From the NCBI GenBank assembly GCA_964304625.1, contig OZ199840.1:903284-967283 (forward strand): a stretch of 64,000 nucleotides of DNA, written 5' to 3'. Below, one piece after another: positions 54,019 through 64,000 of this stretch. The position numbers were made by a program, and so were the translations under genes. Under the pieces are notes generated by a model. It ran no database searches. It was not told the DNA's origin and saw only the letters and a list, made by a program, of their open reading frames with translations. This DNA is from Kudoa neothunni (Eukaryota; Animalia; Cnidaria). Every line of letters begins with the position of its first letter. Positions within the stretch are counted from its first letter, which is position 1.

Positions 54019-55614
54019 TTAATTTATATAAATCAATTTTCTAATAAATACACATTATTTATCATTAAACAGAAAGTTTTGGGAAAGGTTTCGATTTGCT
54101 AACCATAAGTCGCTGGTGTTCACTGAGAATCGTTCCTTGTATATAGCCCTAATAACATAGAGAACAATAAATTATTTAAGAACAAATAAAACAGCGTATT
54201 GTTACGTTGTAGATAAGACTAGAGAGCATGCTCTCGAATCGAGGTCTAGATACTTTTTTGCCCTAAACACATATTATAATAAGTATCATAATATAATAAA
54301 TATCAATATAATAATAATAATTGTTATTTATATAATAAGTATCAGCCAGTTGCTTACATAAGACAGATTGTAGGCATTGTGAACAGTTTCGATACTGACG
54401 TTGTAGCTTTCACTGTATGCGAATCTGTTTAGGGGTTGTAATTAAATAGGAGAGACAACCGAAAAACCATTACACATATTTGAGTAGACTTCTAAAAACT
54501 AAAAATTCTACTCTCAGCAGCACCACATAGACGCCATGTTTCACAAAAAATTCCTATGAGTAAATTATGAGTAAACTTAATGTAAAAGATTGTCACTTTG
54601 TATTTTTCCATTGTGGAATGATACAATTTTAGATGACCGATCCTGATTTCGCATTAATTTAGATTCCACCAAAAATCTATGTACTTTACACTACGAGCCA
54701 GTGAAATAAAAGGCTCCAACGAATACTCATTGAGCACTGATTCCATCGGCAGTATTCCCTGAATAATTATCATTTTTAATAAACAGAACTAAAACCGGAT
54801 TACGACTATACCATCAACATATGTATGGGTATGAGATAGATAAGGATAAGTCTAGTGATAAAAAAATAAAATCTTAGAATTCTAACAACAGAAAAACCTT
54901 TTGTTAGTCGTATTTACATCGGGACACATGTTAAATGTTTCTTTCAACAAGTTGACCGCTAAAATTGATCAAAAAATTTATTAATCGATTATATACATAC
55001 CTGTTTCAATATCACCGGTAAACATCGCCTTCTTCCCCGCAAAAAAACTAATTTTAAGCATTCAAAAATTATAGTTGAACATTTGAGACCCTACTTAAAT
55101 GTATTAAGGTCATCTGGACGAAAAGTATCTCTCGATGGGTATCTCATCACCGAAAGTATTACAGGAGCACACAGTTGAATATTTGAGGTCTAAAAATCAT
55201 TTATCAACCTCAATTCTATTAACAATAAACTAAAAAGTTTCAAATTGTTATACTCGAAAATACAATCGAAGCAACATATTCACTGATGGCAACATTGCAA
55301 ATAATTTTTTTCCTGTGGCGCCATGACGACTATGGACATTTATAAGATCAGGTAATAAAAAATAGATTTTTAATATCTAATTATTACGTATCTGACAATG
55401 TGAGACGATAAAGATCCGTTATTGATTCTATGTATTTCTGACTGGTTGGATGAACAACACGAAAGTCACCATGTTTTTTCCCACAACTGTCTGACTATCT
55501 CACACAATTACCAATGTTGATACTAACCTTGCAACAGATTTGGTCACTTACGGCTAACGAAATCCTTTGTAGTTCTGAAAGGAGAATTTGCAACCACGGA
55601 TACAACCTATATTC

Positions 55615-55635
55615 ATATATATATATATATATATA
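55615..55635. repeat. (AT)10 microsatellite
   Basis: Read directly from the sequence. Confidence 0.85.
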
Positions 55636-58575
55636 GTGGATATACAACTCTGTTAAAATATCAAAATCTCACCAATCCGATTGATCCAACATCTTTAAAA
55701 ATTTTATGAAATCACTAAATAATTAAAATAGTAATAATAATATATTCAATAATAATAATAATAATTACGTTATATGCGTAACATAATATTGAAACAATAG
55801 TGGGAATAACTCAAAAACATTGGGATTGCTTCTATGGGTGAATATGGTGACGGTCAATTGTCTAGCTCTGGATTTAAGAAATCAACTCGATTAGACTTTA
55901 TCGTCCAAATATTAGAGTTCGTACGATAAATTATTGATAACAACATTTGCAAATGATTCCAAGAGAGAAGAGTTGGACTTTGAGTGGCCTGGTTGGTTAG
56001 ATTTCTCACTTTCACTATCATCGATGAGAGTGTTGAAGATTGTTGGAAGAATTATTTTCTTTATGTTTAGGGTGAATATTTCAATATTCTTTGAGTGGTT
56101 ATTTAAATTTTTGAGGGTTTTAAAGAAGCCGTTACCTTGGCAACCAATTCAACGAGGGACGCGTCGGTTGAATTCTGGGAAAAATCCAATTGAATTGGAT
56201 CAACGTTGACCAAAGTTCTTAATAATGACATATTTTCCTAAATTTGATATGAAAAATTATTTGGGAGTTAATCCTTAATGAATACAGCAAATGCAATTCC
56301 ATTCCTAATATTCCAACATTCCACTAACTATATAACCAATCATAGATTATTTATGAATGGAGAATTTTAGAAAGAGCAAAGCTCACATCCACAATCCATT
56401 CATTTGTGGTTTTCAATCGCATAGCAAATGTTAAATCAGATATCGATTATCAATAATGGTAGGAATCTTACACAACGCGCTTGCGCACGAAAATGTAATA
56501 ATCACATTGGATATTTTACCGCTACAAATTTTTAATAGCCTTTTCAGTTGGTTATAAATATTATTGAATGAATATTAAGTGGATTTTTTTGATTTTAGCA
56601 TTTATATATAAAAATAAAATTATTATTTATTTTAATATTTATTGGATTTTAGGAGTTTCCAATGTTCGATTTTGTTCTAAGGGTACAAAATGTTTGTTCA
56701 AATTAACTCTAATTCAACACTAAATGATTAACTTTGTTTCTATCGTTTTCTCAAAAGAAATTATAAACGGGCTTATTTTAAATGAGAAAAATAGATCTAA
56801 TAGAATTACAAGACAAAATGTAAATAAATTGATAATGAATTAAATATTTTGATTATTTTATTGTCTTTTTCGGGCTATAATTAAGTTGGAACGATAAAAT
56901 TTATTAGATCAAGATATGCATGAATTATAATTTATAGATGAACTAAATATTGGATAATTTTGTGCAAAATTTCAAATGCTAATACGCGGCGTATGTGCGG
57001 AATTTGTGGATTGTTTATTTTTTTAGTTATAATTAGAAGTAGTAATTGACACTCTATATAAATTTCAGTTGGCATTAGTTTTAACTATATGTAATTATTT
57101 CTTAGCTCTAAAAACGAAGTAGCGGGCCAGGAATAATTAAATATAGTAGATTCGAAAAAATTAAATTTCTAGTCGACTTGTAAGTAAGAATTGCTCAGAT
57201 TAAAATTTCCTATTGCTTAGTTATGCGCGACGCGTCGTTCAGGAGTAAATTTTACCGTGCCAATAGCCTCTGCCTAATAAATTATAAAATTAAATATGAA
57301 CAAGAATCTGGTGATTTAATCTTAAATGCAATGTTTTAATTTATATAATTTTTGAGTGAAAATGGATTTTAATTTGGAGTACAAAATTTTCTAAAGAATT
57401 TATTTTGTAAGCTAGTTAAAATTTAAGTCATACCTTCATTATAGTGTACTTGAAAAAATATATATACAAAAATTTTTAAAAATTCATCTTATTTTAAAAT
57501 ATTTAGTTGTTTGTTATTATTTCCATTAAGTAGTGAATATTTTATTATATATTAATTGGTACCATTTTAGATTTTAGACGTATTTATGAATAAAATTATA
57601 ATTTTTCTTTTATGTACTAATAAATAGAAAATCTTGATCTAGAAATGTAAATTAATTTTCGATAGAATTCATCAAATGACCATTGTTTACTAGACTTATT
57701 TCAGTTTCGATTGCGTACAATCTTTTCATTATATCAGAGTATGAGTCTCGGACCCCCATCAATTACCTCCCGGCATTGATTCGATCAGGTAGCTCCACTC
57801 CAAATCAACTCTTCCTCAATTTAGGGTGAGCCTAATTAAATGGAACTCAGCTCGTTATTGATTTTATAGTCAATCCGAATAGTTTCTTTATTTATGAATA
57901 TTAGTCTCTCCGTGGGTTGGAATTTATTGAAGCATGCTTCGATCATTTCACTTAGATAAATTCGAAAGTTTTTATTTAAGTATAATAACTTTTTTAAAAC
58001 AAAAGAGAAAGTTTGGGCAAAAAATATTCTTCTTCTAATAGATATTATTAATAAATATTAATAGACATTATAGATAGTAATAGATTTTAAGGAAATACGT
58101 TTATTTTAATAATTATCTTCATTATGTTAGCTCAAATATATAATAATCAGTTTAACTTAATATTAATTGATTATTTCTATTAACTTTATAATATAACTTT
58201 TGATTTTTATACGGATAAAATTTGTCATTTTATTCAATTTGTTGTGGTAATATTTACTTGAATATAATAATATATAAAATTTTCGTATTTATTTAGGTTA
58301 TAATAGTAAAATATTCAACAATCGATTTGTTTTAAAAAAATTTAATTGGTTAATAAATATAATTATTTTAATATTAAATACAAAAATACAACTCATAAAC
58401 CTCATTTTGATAAGAATAGATGAATTATTATCTTGGAATATAAATTCTTAATTTATATAATGCAGCATTATACAAATTACAACAAGCCAAAGGAATAATC
58501 AACACCTCGGTAGAATCATTTGTATGATATCTAAAAATAATGAATTTATAAATCAAAATGCATCATTTTTTTCAA

Positions 58576-59825
58576 TTAAAGGTCATATTCTCTTTCCAAA
58601 ATTTCCGCATTAATAACTTTTGAAGATTTTTTTCTTTCTTTACAATTGGCAAACAATGTTTGACCATAAAAAATTATACACCCTAAACCCACAGCAGCCA
58701 CACCGATATAATAGTAGTTTGAAATCTAACAAATGATTTAAACAATTATAAATATTTATATTTACATTATTATAGTAAAACATTGTGTATATTATTGAGC
58801 CGATGTCTGCAATTAGAAAAGAAATATGAAAAGTTGGGGTAGAAATATGTTTAATTAGAAACGGCGCAACAAGGTTATATATCAGAAGAGAACAACTAAA
58901 TCCAATAGCCAGCAATACTAAATCAATATAAGCATAAATCATTTGTTAAGCGAATAAACTTGATTTAATGTTCCAATCGATAGTGATTAATTCCTTTTCC
59001 TCCAGAAATCCTCTATTTAAAGAGAATTTAGAACAAAATCCAGATAAAATTCCGAGAAAAATCTACCCTTGTATGCAAGTTATTGCGGATGCAAATAAAC
59101 CATGAAAAAACAAGAATTCTCCATAGCTAGATTCTTGGATTGAACTTTCTATAATCAATTCGGAAATTCCAGAGCAAGTACAAGCCAACAATACAAATAA
59201 GTCTCCAAACAAAGGATGGTTACCTGTGGAACAAAAAGATAGAATTACTACCAATTATTAGATTGAAGAACGATACCTTTTCGAAATTCGGATATGCCAG
59301 TTTGGACGTCAAAAAAAAGAATACCACCAACACCACAAATAATAAGAAACGTTCCGATATAATGTAATGGTTTGTATTTTATCTCAAAAACGATAATAGA
59401 CGTAATCATAATTATTGGAACTATAGATAAATCCAAAAGCTAAAAGATATTACCTAAAATCATATACAACAAGCTACCTGAATACTAGCAGGAAAAGTAT
59501 ACTGGAAAGCAAAGGTAACCAAAAAATTTGCTTCCACCTCAAACAGCGAAAAAAAAAAGTATTTCCACCAATTTTGCTTGATGGATTTTTTGGAGAAATT
59601 GTTTCTCTTCATACATGAGTAAATGGACAATATAATAAATAGCAGAAGGTAGGTGGGAAACGTTTGCAAAGTTGGAATTTCAAATTTGTGAATTTCTACC
59701 AGTTGATCCAAACAGTATATACGCACAAATACCACCCCCGATAATAAATGAGCAACTATTACTAATACCAACTTTAAATGCTGTTTTATCCATTGATGAC
59801 AGCGACACTGGGAGTGACCCCTCAT
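58576..59825 (-). CDS. SLC35F1/F2-like drug/metabolite transporter family member, divergent paralog (6 exons)
   Basis: IPTLQTFPTYLLL, NWWKYFFFSLFEVEANFLVTFAFQYT..SIQ|LLD..IVP and PLFGDLFVL. Ends ...EREYDL*. Intron positions match 62489-63742. Start codon uncertain. Confidence 0.88.
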
Positions 59826-61683
59826 TAGCGATCCCTTATTATAAACTAGTCACTGTGATATAATTAAAGCATTTAATATTCGATATTGTTTTCAAGATAA
59901 ATCTCATTGGTATATTATATACAGTAAAATCTTCTCTCCAACTACAGTTAGTTCTTGCTATATTATTATGATTATTCAACAATATCAAGATATTTCAACC
60001 AATTCCTTTTATATTTTTATTTTTATATGGTTAATTACATGTGTATACAGTACCTCTCTTTTTCATTCATTCATTCGTAAATTAAACTTACATTTCAGCT
60101 TAAGTTTAACTCATTATTTTTTTTTCAAATGGAACACAATAATTAATATAAAATATGCATTATATTTATTAACTTTAATATTTTTATAACGATTAATAAA
60201 AGTTTTGAAAATTTTGAAGTTCAAATAGTTATATTCGATGTCGCATTCTCAATATATATTTATATCAACGAGATGATGTTAAAAATAAATCATTTTAATA
60301 TTCCTTCGATTTATTCCTCTAATATTTGTAGCACAATTTGTTCCTAATATTATGCGTGTCACGTGATCACATACGTCTTATCATAACTCTAATAATAAAA
60401 ACAATATGATTCAAGTTTATCATTGATATATTCATAAATATAATATTCTTAATATTTAAAATAATAATTCAAAAACTGTTGTATCTTACTTCGTTAAAAA
60501 TTACGAAATGCGATGAGTTTAATAGTAGGTTGATAAAATTAATCCCCTACTTTATACAATAATCTCATTAATTTAATAATATTCATTTTCAAATTTTTAC
60601 AATCTTTTCAATCGCCATATCTTGCATAAAACCGATATTATATTCTAACATATTTTTATACATAAAATCAAATAAATTACGCTAATTATCGATTGGATTA
60701 ATATGAATATCTTATCTGTTTCGAAATCTAACAAAAATTCCTACTAATTTTGAGACTTATTATCTCTATTCGTATTCTATCGAAAGTAAGTTTAATCTGA
60801 TTTTTAATGAAAATTGTTCGAAACAAGTATTAAGACGTTGTCGTACCATTAATATTCAGGTAACGGCAGAATTAATTTCAGTAATAATTTTTTTATTGTT
60901 TCTTATCAACATATTATAATCATGATAATGTAAAAAATTATATTATTTCAAATATACTATTAAACTTTTGTATTTAATAAATTTGTCGTTTTAATAATAA
61001 TAATAATAATAATGATTTATTAACATAATTATCAAATATTCGCGAGCAGAATTTTGACTTGCACATAATAACGTAAATCTTTTTATATGACCAATTTTCG
61101 ATTTAGAGTCTTTTCGTCACAAACCTACACCTACCTTATGTCCATCATAATTAATTTCAGATTACATTACTCATTTAGTTTAAAATTTTAATATTATATA
61201 TGAAACTAAATATTTATCTTCGTTATTAGAGATTATTTTATTATTTAGAATATCCGCCGGTCAAATTTTTTAAATAAAGTTTTGTCTGCGCGTGCGCGAC
61301 AGAAGTTTTGTATTTAGTTTTGTTTTTCGAATCGAAAAGATATTATGTGATAAATTCATGGAATGATTATTTTATTTACTGCAATCTATATCCATGATAT
61401 ATAATTTGAGTAGTCGGGTAAACATGCCTTTTCTTTGTACATATGCGCTGAGTCATGCCAATTATCTTTATATTTATATGTTGATAATAATTCAAAATCA
61501 TGTTTTAAAATTAATATTTTACTCATTTATCTTGCTAATCCTTTATAAATCATGGATTAGATGTACATGTTATAAATTATTTTGAATAATATTAAAATTT
61601 CGAAATCCAATTAACTTTACATATTAGAAATATGCAAATAAAAATCTGTATACGTCTAAGTTTGTATCTAATTTTCAAATGTA

Positions 61684-62121
61684 GAGTGCAACCTCGAAGT
61701 TCGACCAAAAATTTGGAGTCAGAAACACGTTTAATTCCCAACACGTATAGAAGGGATATTCAGAATGAATCCAGTTGGAGCAAAATTAGAGAACAGAACT
61801 TCTAGAACTAGAAGAAGAGTCGCTGAAACAAATTGTGCAATCGTCATCGAAAAAGAAGTCTTTATAATTTATCCTATGACAACCAAAAAATATTTATCCT
61901 ATATTTCATTTTCATTTTCATTTTTATTATTATTATTATATTTAATATTATTTTATAAACACAAGTTGTGCATGTTTTTTCATAAGTAAGAATAAAAATA
62001 GTCATTTATTTGAGCGCGATAATGGATAAAACTAATTTTCATTATTTTGCATGGGAAAAAATTAATCGAAGTTCGGACACATTTTTGGAATGGATTATCG
62101 TCCAAGTCCGAGATTTCATTC
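61684..62121. mobile_element. Possible decayed Tc1/mariner-pogo-type MITE
   Basis: TA flanks. Ends GAGTGCAACCTCGAAGTTCGACC vs GAATGAAATCTCGGACTTGGACG (reverse complement) match at 16 of 23 positions. Confidence 0.35.
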
Positions 62122-62488
62122 TATAATTAAATTATATCTCAATTATACAATGTTTTAATTTTTAAAAATGACAAAAAAATCTTTTTGATAATAGAAATAT
62201 TGAATATAATATATATAAATAATATATTTAGCGCTAAAATCGGCTCAGATGACAATATAAAGAATGAAAAATTTAGACTACTTAGACACCATAATGACTT
62301 AATTAAATATGAAATACTCAGAATTATAGAATGTTAGTTACACAAATTAATAATGAAAAATAAGAAATATATAAATGTAGAAACGTGGTAATAAAAGTAT
62401 TATACAATTATTGGCGAATAAAAAATAACACAAATTATTGACAATTACAGACTAAATACATTTTTTTACTATTTATTCACAAAACCAA

Positions 62489-63742
62489 TCATATATTTTG
62501 CTGGACGTTTATGGGGTTATTCAAATTATTTTCTTTCGATTGGCTGGGTCTTTTTTTGTGTTCCATATAAAGCGTTTGTGCGTTATAGACGATACAACCA
62601 GCAGTCACGATAATCGCGCCAATAGCATAAAGACCAGTCAACTACACACAAAATTTACATAAGATATATTAAAAATATGGTGACATACATTCTCATAACG
62701 GATAGCATTATAGATAATCGTGTATATATCAGCGGACACCAGGGAAATATTTAAACCTGATGCACTAATATGTTTGATCACGAAAGGTACAAGTAAATAA
62801 AACACTATAAGCGCGAAACTGAATAAGCAGATAAAAATTTCTAAAAAAAATATTTAAAATAATTCAATAATTTATAATAATTAACTGGCATCAGTTTTCC
62901 ACTCAATATTAATTAAGTTGTTAAACTCTAGAGAGCCCCTAAATTAAAAAATCGGTATATTTTCATAATGACAATCAGTCGCCAAAGTTACCCTTGTATA
63001 GCAACAATTACGCTAGCAAACAAAGCCTGGAAAAATATTATTTCTCCAATACCATTGTTATCGACCAATCTTTCTGTTAACACATTGGATACCGCGTAAC
63101 AAACACATGCACCGAACACCAATAGATCGCCAACTAGGGGATTCTCACCTTTGTCAAAAATAAACATTCTATAAATAAAGTAAAAACAATTGGAGTTACC
63201 ATTTCTAAACTTGGATATATCGGCTCTAGTATCAATAATAACCAGCGAAACTGCTCCAACAACTGTAAGCGCTGCCCCAAGGTACTGCATCAATTGATAT
63301 TTGGTTTTTATAAAAATAATCGATAACACCATAACGATGGGGATAATAGTGGCATCTAATAGCTTAAAAAATATGTAGATGTGTGGCGGGCCGCAGTAGC
63401 TACCTGGATACTAGCTGGAGAGGTGTATTGGAATGCTTTAATCATTAAGAAATTAGCTTCCACATCAAATAACGCATATAAAAAATATTTCCACCAGTTT
63501 TTCTTCACAGATATCCATTTAATTGTTTCTTTGTTCACACAAGAATATACAGAAAATATTATAAATAACACTAGATAGGTAGGCAACGTTTGTAGTGTAG
63601 GAATCTTCACTTTGAATTCTTCCACAAGCTGATCGTTACAATACGTGCACAAAAATATTAATAAGGATAACAATTGGCCAACCAATGAAAATATCAGTTT
63701 CAAATGGTTATTCATCCAGCATTTTAGTTTGTCAACATCCAT
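62489..63742 (-). CDS. SLC35F1/F2-like transporter (6 exons)
   Basis: NWWKYFLYALFDVEANFLMIKAFQYTSPASIQ|LLDATIIPIVM and NPLVGDLLVFGACVCYAVSNV. GT-AG introns splice in frame to ...VQQNI*. Confidence 0.92.
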
Positions 63743-64000
63743 CTTCTCACCAAACTTAAGCGATTAATCCCCAACTAAACTAATCCACAGAATTGAAGCA
63801 AATGTCACTTATGGAATAGTATCCATACAGCTAATCAATGGTTATCGAAATTATTTTCGACACTAACACACTATAATCTAATTATAGTCCCATTGTAAAA
63901 CATCAATGAATTAAACCTTATATATATATATATTATAAATTGCTGATTATGTGTATCAGGAGGATATTTTTAAAATTGTTATAATCACTGATTTTAACTT

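Noticed and set aside
55934-56231. Minus-strand frame with in-frame TGA codons suggesting recoding
   Set aside because: The product is unrecognisable, and RBKS and the SLC35F-like gene use TGA as a normal stop.
58425-58532. Possible alternative last exon of the SLC35F-like gene (…IIPLACCNLYNA…)
   Set aside because: Similarity is weak, the splice phase does not match, and the gene already ends cleanly at 58576.
1-64000. Prokaryotic features (CRISPR arrays, operons, rRNA/tRNA)
   Set aside because: No repeat-spacer array or RNA gene was seen. Spliceosomal introns and eukaryotic transposon families indicate eukaryotic nuclear DNA.

Overview
AT-rich eukaryotic DNA, probably metazoan, with short GT-AG introns (mostly 38-55 nt). 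The organism cannot be identified from this window. Positions 1-43.6 kb hold a head-to-tail array of four paralogous 10-exon genes on the minus strand (9819-12759, 16452-19427, 31402-34409, 40575-43577). Splicing copy 3 by hand gives an intact 856-aa type I membrane protein: signal peptide, Gln-rich linker, about 7 Cys-containing FN3-like modules on phase-1 exons, two microexons, one TM helix and a KNRN tail. The copies are patchwork mosaics of each other. Membrane-distal modules are highly variable, while the TM/tail and the 5' non-coding flank are nearly invariant, which suggests a diversifying surface-antigen or recognition locus (inference). The spacers are filled with decayed DNA transposons (Tigger/pogo, piggyBac, hAT, two Mutator types) and short solo-LTR-like inserts. 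An approximately 10 kb block (1-10390) is duplicated at 20082-31980. Positions 44-64 kb are housekeeping: SRP receptor alpha, ribokinase and two SLC35F1/2-like transporters. Single-base homopolymer indels occur even in SRPRA, so the frameshifts in array copies 1, 2 and 4 may be sequencing errors.
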